IMG/VR virus record: IMGVR_UViG_3300041409_000458
DNA from: a virus
Lineage: Duplodnaviria > Heunggongvirae > Uroviricota > Caudoviricetes
Strand: one strand, 5' to 3'
Length of the DNA: 52,958 bases
Made by a program: the position numbers and the translations under genes. Under the pieces are notes generated by a model, which saw only the letters and a list, made by a program, of their open reading frames with translations, ran no database searches and was not told the origin of the DNA. Every line of letters starts with the position of its first letter. Position 1 is the first letter of the stretch. Positions 7,789-13,518 of the stretch are shown here, one piece after another.

Positions 7789-7844
7789 TAAAAGATATTA
7801 CCACCAAAAAGAGTCCCGGAGCCCACAAAGCTTCGGGATTTTTT
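7758..7844 (+). terminator. Attenuator 2: alternative antiterminator and intrinsic terminator
   Basis: GGCTCCGGGATTC (7758-7770) pairs over 13 bp with GAGTCCCGGAGCC (7811-7823); this excludes the terminator TCCCGGAGC-ccacaaa-GCTTCGGGA-TTTTTT (7814-7844). Confidence 0.85.
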
Positions 7845-7851
7845 ATTAAAT

Positions 7852-7924
7852 ACCGTCGGAGCTTATGTGGACAAGCTGCACTCTTTTAAAGTGAGGACAA
7901 AGGGTTCGAATCCCTTGGGCGGTA
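7852..7924 (+). tRNA. trnK: tRNA-Lys(TTT)
   Basis: GCACT-ctTTTaa-AGTGA; AAGGG-ttcgaat-CCCTT; G-G mismatch at acceptor pair 7. Confidence 0.87.
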
Positions 7925-7927
7925 CAA

Positions 7928-8000
7928 GCTTCTATAGCTCAATAGGTAGAGTAATGAGCTCTTAACTCATGGGTTTTCGGTTCGAGTCCGAATGGAAGCA
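7928..8000 (+). tRNA. trnK: tRNA-Lys(CTT)
   Basis: GCTTCTA/TGGAAGC; ATGAG-ctCTTaa-CTCAT. Confidence 0.93.
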
Positions 8001-8016
8001 CAAAAGTTCTTAAAAA

Positions 8017-8048
8017 TTTGGTAGATTAAGAGTTTTTTCGTATATTTG
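8017..8048 (+). promoter_or_regulatory. Bacteroidota-type promoter upstream of HNH gene
   Basis: TTTG(8017)-N20-TATATTTG(8041-8048); ATG 4 nt later. Confidence 0.75.
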
Positions 8049-8052
8049 TTCT

Positions 8053-8400
8053 ATGAAGAATCCAACAAAAGAACAAACAAAGGAGTGGAATAGAACATAC
8101 TATCTTAAAAACAAAGAGAAAAGGAGAGCACAGTATAACAGAACCAGAAAAGAAATAGCTGAATGGTTCAGAGAATACAAGAAAACTCTCAGTTGTAAAA
8201 TCTGTGGTTTTGCTCATCCTACAGCCTTATCGTTCCATCATAGGAAAGGTGAGAAAAAATTAGGAGAGGTCTCTGTGATGGCATGGGATGGAGCAAGAAA
8301 GAAATTAGAGAATGAGATTGCAAAATGTGATGTATTATGTCATAATTGTCATGCCATACATCATTATGATGAGAGAAATAAAGATGCCTCTTTAGCTTAG
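8053..8400 (+). CDS. HNH endonuclease
   Basis: CKICG...ALSFHH...EIAKCDVLCHNCHAIHH; stop codon lies inside the 5' end of tRNA-Val. Confidence 0.9.
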   Translation: MKNPTKEQTKEWNRTYYLKNKEKRRAQYNRTRKEIAEWFREYKKTLSCKICGFAHPTALSFHHRKGEKKLGEVSVMAWDGARKKLENEIAKCDVLCHNCHAIHHYDERNKDASLA

Positions 8401-8460
8401 TTGGTTTAAAGCGTCTGCCTTACAAGCAGAAGACCATCCGTTCGAATCGGATAAGAGGTA
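8386..8460 (+). tRNA. trnV: tRNA-Val(TAC)
   Basis: GCCTCTT/AAGAGGT; TCTGC-ctTACaa-GCAGA. Confidence 0.93.
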
Positions 8461-8465
8461 CAGAT

Positions 8466-8539
8466 GGAGCCATCGTTTAATGGATTAGGACCTTTGTTTC
8501 CTAAACAAAGATGTGTCAGTTCGAGTCTGACTGGCTCTA
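8466..8539 (+). tRNA. trnR: tRNA-Arg(CCT)
   Basis: GGAGCCA/TGGCTCT; TTTGT-ttCCTaa-ACAAA. Confidence 0.93.
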
Positions 8540-8546
8540 CAAATAT

Positions 8547-8619
8547 GCACCCGTCGTTCAATGGATTAGGACAACTGCCTTCTAAGCAGTTTATAGCAGT
8601 TCGAATCTGCTCAGGTGTA
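8547..8619 (+). tRNA. trnR: tRNA-Arg(TCT)
   Basis: GCACCCG/CAGGTGT (one mismatch); ACTGC-ctTCTaa-GCAGT. Confidence 0.9.
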
Positions 8620-8662
8620 CAAGGTCAGTTAATGTTTCTGCGTGGAGTTAAAAAACATATTC

Positions 8663-8736
8663 GTCTGAGAAGCTTAAGTGGTATAAGCTACTGCCTGTTA
8701 AGCAGAAGATAGGAGGTTCGAGCCCTCTCTTGGACG
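8663..8736 (+). tRNA. trnN: tRNA-Asn(GTT)
   Basis: GTCTGAG/CTTGGAC, G discriminator; ACTGC-ctGTTaa-GCAGA. Confidence 0.88.
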
Positions 8737-8744
8737 CAATTATA

Positions 8745-8820
8745 CGCAGGGTAGGGAAGTGGTCATATCCTTCAAGGCTCATAACCTTCGAGAACGCTGG
8801 TTCGAATCCAGCCCCTGCAT
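8745..8820 (+). tRNA. trnfM: tRNA-Met(CAT), initiator-like
   Basis: C1-A72 mismatch (CGCAGGG/CCCTGCA) typical of fMet tRNA; ctCATaa loop; only two G-C pairs adjoin the anticodon loop. Confidence 0.82.
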
Positions 8821-8826
8821 CTAAAT

Positions 8827-8900
8827 TGGGTATTAGAATAGTGGTCTAATTCACTACTCTCATAAGGTAGCATTCACCAGTTCGAATCTGGTATACCCAA
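8827..8900 (+). tRNA. trnM: tRNA(CAT): elongator Met or lysidine-modified Ile2
   Basis: TGGGTAT/ATACCCA; CTACT-ctCATaa-GGTAG; Met versus Ile2 cannot be resolved by eye. Confidence 0.85.
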
Positions 8901-8918
8901 CAATTGTTCTAAAATATA

Positions 8919-8950
8919 TTTGGAATTGTGAGAAATATTTGGTATATTTG
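8919..8950 (+). promoter_or_regulatory. Bacteroidota-type promoter upstream of HTH-HNH and YkuK genes
   Basis: TTTG(8919)-N20-TATATTTG(8943-8950). Confidence 0.75.
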
Positions 8951-8967
8951 TATTAAATATTCGAACA

Positions 8968-9558
8968 ATGAAATTAGATAGGGATGAAGTATATAAACTT
9001 TTAGATGAAGGGAAGAAACCAGTAGAAGTTGCAAGAATCTTAGGTTGTGTAAGATCTGTTATATCTTACTATAAATCTCAAAGAAATTCACCTAAAAGAA
9101 AAGGAAACAATATACCTTTAACTATAAAACAAAAGGGAAAAATTAATGAACTTTATATTGAAGGAAAAGCTTTTAATGAGATAAGAGAAATAACAGGCTT
9201 TTCACTTCAAACAATTAGAAAATATCTTATAGTTCCAAAAAGATTAAAACAAAAGAAAAGAAGAACAATTTATTTTCTTAAATGGAGACTTCGTAAGAAA
9301 GCAATTCTTGTTGATTATAAAGGTGGAAAGTGTGAAGATTGTGGATATGATGAATGTATAGAAGCTCTACATTTTCATCATCTTAATCCTAAAGAAAAAG
9401 AGTTTAATGTTTGTGGAAAGTCAGTATCTATTGAAAAACTAAAAAAGGAAGCAGATAAATGTGTACTTTTGTGTGCTAATTGTCACATTAAGAGACATAA
9501 TTGTAAAACCTGTACAGAAGCCTTAGAAGAAGGTAAAAAATTTAGAGATAGAGAATGA
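8968..9558 (+). CDS. HNH endonuclease with two N-terminal HTH-like segments
   Basis: KPVEVARILGCVRSVISYY and AFNEIREITGFSLQTIRKY helices; CEDCGY...ALHFHH...KCVLLCANCHIKRH. Confidence 0.9.
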   Translation: MKLDRDEVYKLLDEGKKPVEVARILGCVRSVISYYKSQRNSPKRKGNNIPLTIKQKGKINELYIEGKAFNEIREITGFSLQTIRKYLIVPKRLKQKKRRTIYFLKWRLRKKAILVDYKGGKCEDCGYDECIEALHFHHLNPKEKEFNVCGKSVSIEKLKKEADKCVLLCANCHIKRHNCKTCTEALEEGKKFRDRE

Positions 9559-10031
9559 CAAAATATTTCAGAAAAAAGGATGGTGAGTTAGTCAACATAG
9601 TTGAACACACTTTAGAGCAGATTCAGCAGAATCCGAATGTCAAGATATACATTGGAACGGACAGTCAAGACGAAGGTCCATGCAGTGAATATGCAACTTG
9701 TATAGTATACAGATATGGCAGAAACGGAGCACACTTCATCTACTCAAGAGAGTCAGTTCCAAGGATTTGGGATATGTTCACTCGTCTGTACACAGAAGGT
9801 ACACGTACCATTGAAGTTGCAGAATTGATAAGAGCAGAAATTCTTTCTATAAATTTTGAAGCACTTGAGTTCGATTACGCTGATGTTAAGAAGACTCTTT
9901 CCACTCGTGTAGTGTCAGCTTTGAGAGGGTGGGTAAAAGGAATGGGTTTGAATGCTTCTTTCAAAGGTGGAGAGAAAATAGCAACAAAGTCTGCTGACCA
10001 CGTATGTAGACACAAAGAAATGTATAAATAA
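9555..10031 (+). CDS. RNase H-like YkuK (DUF458) family protein
   Basis: VKIYIGTDSQ...YATCIVYRYGRNGAH...RLYTE...EVAE...K...ATKSADH pattern matches the YkuK family as I recall it. Confidence 0.8.
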   Translation: MTKYFRKKDGELVNIVEHTLEQIQQNPNVKIYIGTDSQDEGPCSEYATCIVYRYGRNGAHFIYSRESVPRIWDMFTRLYTEGTRTIEVAELIRAEILSINFEALEFDYADVKKTLSTRVVSALRGWVKGMGLNASFKGGEKIATKSADHVCRHKEMYK

Positions 10032-10035
10032 ACAT

Positions 10036-10083
10036 GGCGAGTTGAAAGGGAATCCACAGTGGGGACACTGCCCCTCGCCTCCA
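10036..10083 (+). ncRNA. Candidate 48-nt structured RNA ending in T-CCA
   Basis: GGCGAG/CTCGCC, GGG/CCC and CAGTG-GGGA-CACTG stacked helices with two 6-nt 5' bulges. Confidence 0.45.
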
Positions 10084-10084
10084 C

Positions 10085-10157
10085 GCAGTAGTAGCTCATC
10101 TGGTAGAGCACTATCCTTCCAAGTTAGGGGCGGCAGGTTCGAGTCCTGTCTACTGCA
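10085..10157 (+). tRNA. trnG: tRNA-Gly(TCC)
   Basis: GCAGTAG/CTACTGC; ctTCCaa loop; T-T mismatch in the anticodon stem. Confidence 0.9.
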
Positions 10158-10162
10158 CAATT

Positions 10163-10234
10163 GCAGGTGTAGCACAACGGTTAGTGCATCGGCTTGCCAA
10201 GTCGAGGATAAGAGTTCGATTCTCTTTATCTGCT
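10163..10234 (+). tRNA. trnG: tRNA-Gly(GCC)
   Basis: GCAGGTG/TATCTGC; TCGGC-ttGCCaa-GTCGA; U discriminator. Confidence 0.93.
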
Positions 10235-10239
10235 CTTAA

Positions 10240-10313
10240 CATGCGTTCGACAAGTGGTCTAAGTCGTCATCCTTTCAAGGTGATATTCACGGGTTCAAAT
10301 CCCGTACGCATGA
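10240..10313 (+). tRNA. trnE: tRNA-Glu(TTC)
   Basis: CATGCGT/ACGCATG; TCATC-ctTTCaa-GGTGA. Confidence 0.92.
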
Positions 10314-10314
10314 C

Positions 10315-10430
10315 AATGTAGTAGCTAATGCTGATATAGTTATTCGAAGGTCAGAGGATTTTCCAGCATTTCCAATCTGACACTAGCCAGAGATGTGATG
10401 GGCACTTCGACAATGACTACTACATTACCA
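10315..10430 (+). ncRNA. Candidate ~116-nt structured RNA ending in A-CCA, unclassified
   Basis: 10-bp terminal stem AATGTAGTAG/CTACTACATT, internal TCGAAG/CTTCGA and GTCAGA/TCTGAC stems; flanked directly by tRNAs. Confidence 0.55.
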
Positions 10431-10503
10431 CGAGGTATGGTTGAATGGTTACAATGCCGGATTGTCAATCCGTGCGGTACGGGTTCGAATCCCGTTATCT
10501 CGG
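10431..10503 (+). tRNA. trnD: tRNA-Asp(GTC)
   Basis: CGAGGTA/TATCTCG, G discriminator; CCGGA-ttGTCaa-TCCGT. Confidence 0.92.
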
Positions 10504-10508
10504 CAAAT

Positions 10509-10582
10509 GCATCTATAGCTCAACTGGTCGGAGCAGGACGCTTATATCGTCAAGGTTTTCAGTTCGAATCTGAATAGATGTA
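10509..10582 (+). tRNA. trnI: tRNA-Ile(TAT)
   Basis: GCATCTA/TAGATGT; GGACG-ctTATat-CGTCA; UAU anticodon is rare in bacteria. Confidence 0.88.
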
Positions 10583-10583
10583 C

Positions 10584-10886
10584 ATGAAAAGCAAAGATTT
10601 TGCAAGAACAAGAACAAGAAATAGAAACTTTGTTAGGGACTATTTATCTAAGCATCCTTGCACTGATTGTGGGAACAATAACATTGTTGTATTGGACTTC
10701 GATCATGTGAAAGGAGAAAAGAAAGCAAATATCTCCAAGATGGTCTCTAATGGAACTTCTTTAGTTTCTCTCTTGAGGGAAATAGAGAAATGTGAAGTTA
10801 GATGTGCCAATTGTCACAGAATTGTTACACATCAGAGAAGATTGCAGGAAAGACCTAAAGAAGGAATTGATTATTTTGAATATTAA
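10584..10886 (+). CDS. HNH endonuclease between the two tRNA-Ile genes
   Basis: CTDCG...LDFDHV...EIEKCEVRCANCHRIVT; ATG at 10584 preferred because 10578 lies inside the tRNA. Confidence 0.88.
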   Translation: MKSKDFARTRTRNRNFVRDYLSKHPCTDCGNNNIVVLDFDHVKGEKKANISKMVSNGTSLVSLLREIEKCEVRCANCHRIVTHQRRLQERPKEGIDYFEY

Positions 10887-10887
10887 T

Positions 10888-10960
10888 GCAGGTATAGCTC
10901 AGTTGGTAGAGCAACGTCCTGATACGACGTAGGTCCAAGGCTCGAATCCTTGTATCTGCA
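10888..10960 (+). tRNA. trnI: tRNA-Ile(GAT)
   Basis: GCAGGTA/TATCTGC; ACGTC-ctGATac-GACGT; T-loop CTCGAAT (C instead of T54). Confidence 0.9.
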
Positions 10961-11022
10961 CAAGAAATAACCTCTGGTATAGAAGCACACCATTGCGTGA
11001 TTGGTTAAGTTATTTCGTCCAT

Positions 11023-11095
11023 GGGGGTGAAGCACAAGTGGACGTGCAACAGCTTTGCAAGCTGAAGGTTGAGGGTTCGAAGCCCTTCATCTCCA
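11023..11095 (+). tRNA. trnA: tRNA-Ala(TGC)
   Basis: GGGGGTG/CATCTCC with the G3-U70 Ala identity pair; ttTGCaa loop. Confidence 0.93.
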
Positions 11096-11146
11096 CAATT
11101 GTAGAAAAAATACCACATTATTGTAGAAGAAATACAACATTAAAAA

Positions 11147-11178
11147 TTTGGTTTTTTCTAAAATATTTTTTATATTGT
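11147..11178 (+). promoter_or_regulatory. Bacteroidota-type promoter (degenerate -7 element)
   Basis: TTTG(11147)-N20-TATATTGT. Confidence 0.6.
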
Positions 11179-11197
11179 ACTTATAAAACATTTAATT

Positions 11198-11383
11198 ATG
11201 TCAATACTTACAATTTTAGTCGTACTGGTAGTAGCAGGAGTTGCTTTATACTTAATCAACAGGTTCATACCTATGGATGGTAAAGTGAAGACAATTCTTA
11301 ATTGGGTTGTTATAGGTGCTTTAGTCCTTTGGTTACTTAAAGGGTTAGGTATCTTATCATTTCTAAGTAATGTACATGTGTAA
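11198..11383 (+). CDS. Small two-helix membrane protein (Thivi_2564-like)
   Basis: 61 aa; ILVVLVVAGVALYLINRFIPMDGKVKTILNWVV pattern. Confidence 0.75.
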   Translation: MSILTILVVLVVAGVALYLINRFIPMDGKVKTILNWVVIGALVLWLLKGLGILSFLSNVHV

Positions 11384-11394
11384 AATATAGTACA

Positions 11395-11715
11395 ATGGCA
11401 TTCATAAACAAGACAATTGTAAACATCTATGTATCTCCTGATATGAAGGTACTGGATATTATTAACTCTAAACTTGATAAAATCATGGCAGAACAGACAG
11501 AATTAGCAGCTCAGCTGGAAGCATTAAGCACTCAGCTTGACAAGGTTGCAGGTGAAATCATGGCTAAAGTAGATGCTCTTGAAGCAGCCTTTGATGCAGC
11601 CGATGACGTAACACCAGAAGTTCAAGCAGCCTTTGATGCTCTTAAAGCAAAAGTTCAGGTACTGGATGACCTAAATCCAGACACCCCTGAGACAACTGAA
11701 GCTCCTGAAGCTTAA
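11395..11715 (+). CDS. Acidic Ala-rich coiled-coil protein
   Basis: 106 aa with heptad-like ELAAQLEALSTQLDKVAGEI...; followed by a terminator. Confidence 0.75.
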   Translation: MAFINKTIVNIYVSPDMKVLDIINSKLDKIMAEQTELAAQLEALSTQLDKVAGEIMAKVDALEAAFDAADDVTPEVQAAFDALKAKVQVLDDLNPDTPETTEAPEA

Positions 11716-11720
11716 ATTTT

Positions 11721-11746
11721 AACCCCAGTTTTCACTGGGGTTTTTT
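11721..11746 (+). terminator. Rho-independent terminator
   Basis: AACCCCAG-ttttca-CTGGGGTT followed by TTTT. Confidence 0.85.
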
Positions 11747-11761
11747 CATTTTAAAAATTAA

Positions 11762-11793
11762 TTTGGTTTTCAGCAAAAAAGTCCGTACCTTTG
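11762..11793 (+). promoter_or_regulatory. Bacteroidota-type promoter
   Basis: TTTG(11762)-N20-TACCTTTG(11786-11793). Confidence 0.72.
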
Positions 11794-11883
11794 AGTTGTT
11801 ATTTTGTATTTGCATCCGGATTATGTCCGAGACCAGTATAATGCTGGGAAGATGTTGGTACTTAAAAGAAGTAACGCAAATAT

Positions 11884-12678
11884 ATGTTCACATCAACAGT
11901 AGCTCCCACCACGGGAGAGGCATTTATTGCCGTAAAGAAAAACAGGGTAAGGTCATATCCAACAAACCTAGCCAACATTAACAACAGTGTTTATCTCTCT
12001 GACAAACAAGAGTTTGAGATTGAGCTTAACAACCCTTCCACATCCACAAAACTTGCCAAAATCTCCATTAATGGTAAGCAAATTTCATCATCAGGTATAG
12101 TTTTAAAGCCGGGACAGAGGGCTTATATCGAGAGATATATTGATACTCCTCGAAAGTTCCAGTTTGAAACCTATGTAGTAGACAACAATCCATCAGTCAC
12201 AGCTGCAATTCAGCAAAATGGTCTGATAAAGGTATCTTTCTATGATGAACATGTTCCACCAGCACCCGTTTATTTTGACTGGAATTCTATGGTAGGTTCT
12301 TCTGCTCAGAATGTAAATTATCTGAATCAGAGGGACTCAAACATACGTTCCATGGATTTTATGCATGATGGTGCTGCAACCATGTCTATGTTCTCCTCAA
12401 GAGTAGGAGATAATGCAGCATTTGACCGTGTAAAGAAGTCAATCCCTACACAAAAGGAAACAGGTAGAATTGAACAAGGAGATGTCTCTAACCAGACATT
12501 CACTAACTATTCAGGAAGCTTCAATAGCTGGAGTACAAATACAGTGAAAATTAAGTTACTTCCTTTCTCTGAAAAACCTCTAGAGGTAAATGAGATATCT
12601 CAGTATTGTACAGAATGTGGGACTAAGAACAAAAGTGGTAAATACAAGTTCTGTCCAACCTGTGGAAACAAGTTCTAA
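11884..12678 (+). CDS. Hypothetical protein with beta-rich N-terminal domain and C-terminal zinc ribbon
   Basis: 264 aa; CTECG...KFCPTCG at the C-terminus. Confidence 0.8.
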   Translation: MFTSTVAPTTGEAFIAVKKNRVRSYPTNLANINNSVYLSDKQEFEIELNNPSTSTKLAKISINGKQISSSGIVLKPGQRAYIERYIDTPRKFQFETYVVDNNPSVTAAIQQNGLIKVSFYDEHVPPAPVYFDWNSMVGSSAQNVNYLNQRDSNIRSMDFMHDGAATMSMFSSRVGDNAAFDRVKKSIPTQKETGRIEQGDVSNQTFTNYSGSFNSWSTNTVKIKLLPFSEKPLEVNEISQYCTECGTKNKSGKYKFCPTCGNKF

Positions 12679-12684
12679 AATAAA

Positions 12685-12716
12685 TTTGGTTATTTCAAAA
12701 TACTTTCGTATATTTG
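12685..12716 (+). promoter_or_regulatory. Bacteroidota sigma-A-type promoter for leader 3 and tRNA block 3
   Basis: TTTG(12685)-N20-TATATTTG(12709-12716). Confidence 0.8.
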
Positions 12717-12758
12717 TATTCCAATCAGGGTTTGACCAAGTAGGCAACCTAAAAACTG

Positions 12759-13115
12759 ATGGATAAACATATGAAAAGTCAAATTAAAGTAGATTTCACC
12801 GATAGAGGTGAAGGAAAAGGTTTAGAGCCAGTTATTGCTATTAAGTTAATAGACAGTGATGATGTAAGAGATGGTCTTTTAAAGACATTTTTTCAATCTT
12901 TGGGAGGAGAGAGTTCTTGGTTATCAGTTTCCTTTGACCACCACATAATAAATGGTGAAAGTGACAAGACAACCTATATTAGAGTTTTTCCGATTCAATC
13001 ACACGAATTAGCTGAAACTGCAGAAAGAATAGATAGCAGGATATCAGGCAGAATAGGTTCTACAGGTCCTAATAACTGTAATCCAATAACAAATTCAACA
13101 GGTTACAAATTATAA
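12759..13115 (+). CDS. Hypothetical protein, translationally coupled to leader 3
   Basis: 118-aa ORF; TAATG overlap at 13113-13117. Confidence 0.7.
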   Translation: MDKHMKSQIKVDFTDRGEGKGLEPVIAIKLIDSDDVRDGLLKTFFQSLGGESSWLSVSFDHHIINGESDKTTYIRVFPIQSHELAETAERIDSRISGRIGSTGPNNCNPITNSTGYKL

Positions 13116-13186
13116 TGAAAACAATAACATCATATTATTCCAGTTTATCACTCTTGATTAAAAGTCGAGCTGGAAGAACTATGTAA
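13115..13186 (+). CDS. Putative attenuator leader peptide 3 (23 aa, MKTITSYYSSLSLLIKSRAGRTM)
   Basis: Codons 13130-13156 (SYYSSLSLL) match the downstream Leu/Ser/Ser/Tyr tRNAs; the 3' codons form the antiterminator strand. Confidence 0.75.
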   Translation: MKTITSYYSSLSLLIKSRAGRTM

Positions 13187-13238
13187 AGAAGAAATTTCTT
13201 TTTTCACCCTCCAGCAGCAATGTTCGGAGGGTTTTTTT
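13169..13238 (+). terminator. Attenuator 3: alternative antiterminator and intrinsic terminator
   Basis: Terminator ACCCTCC-AGCA-gcaa-TGTT-c-GGAGGGT-TTTTTT (13206-13238); GCTGGA(A)G (13169-13176) can pair instead with CTCCAGC (13209-13215). Confidence 0.75.
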
Positions 13239-13242
13239 ATTT

Positions 13243-13327
13243 GGCCCTTTGGTGGAATGGTAGACACGAGGGACTTAAAATCCCTTGCTCAGAAATGGGC
13301 GTGTGGGTTCGAATCCCACCTTGGTCA
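13243..13327 (+). tRNA. trnL: tRNA-Leu(TAA), acceptor stem imperfect
   Basis: AGGGA-ctTAAaa-TCCCT, long variable arm, GTGGG-ttcgaat-CCCAC; acceptor GGCCCTT/CTTGGTC has three inner mismatches. Confidence 0.78.
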
Positions 13328-13336
13328 CAATTATAA

Positions 13337-13422
13337 GGAAGGTCCCAAAGGAGAGGTACACTGTCTTGAAAACAGCTAGGTCGGTGATGAGCCACGTAAG
13401 AGTTCGAGTCTCTTACCTTCCG
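13337..13422 (+). tRNA. trnS: tRNA-Ser(TGA)
   Basis: GGAAGGT/ACCTTCC, G discriminator; ctTGAaa loop; long variable arm. Confidence 0.88.
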
Positions 13423-13427
13423 CACAA

Positions 13428-13512
13428 GGAGAGTTGCCAGAGTGGCTATTGGAGCAGTTTGCTAAACTGTGGTCGTTTATTCGGCCCATGAGTTCGAATC
13501 TCATACTCTCCG
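13428..13512 (+). tRNA. trnS: tRNA-Ser(GCT)
   Basis: GGAGAGT/ACTCTCC; GCAGT-ttGCTaa-ACTGT; long variable arm. Confidence 0.92.
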
Positions 13513-13518
13513 CTACCT

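Noticed and set aside
7878-7894. Reading tRNA-Lys(TTT) as an ochre suppressor (TTA anticodon)
   Set aside because: Only the CACT/AGTG register gives a paired stem with a 7-nt loop, which places TTT at 34-36.
8622-8660. 39-nt spacer between tRNA-Arg(TCT) and tRNA-Asn as an ncRNA
   Set aside because: Only a weak AT-rich ATGTTT/AAACAT pairing; insufficient evidence.
13163-13180. RAG/APG residues in leaders 2 and 3 as RAPP/RAGP-type arrest peptides
   Set aside because: They do not complete the motif and are explained by the GC-rich antiterminator strand they encode.
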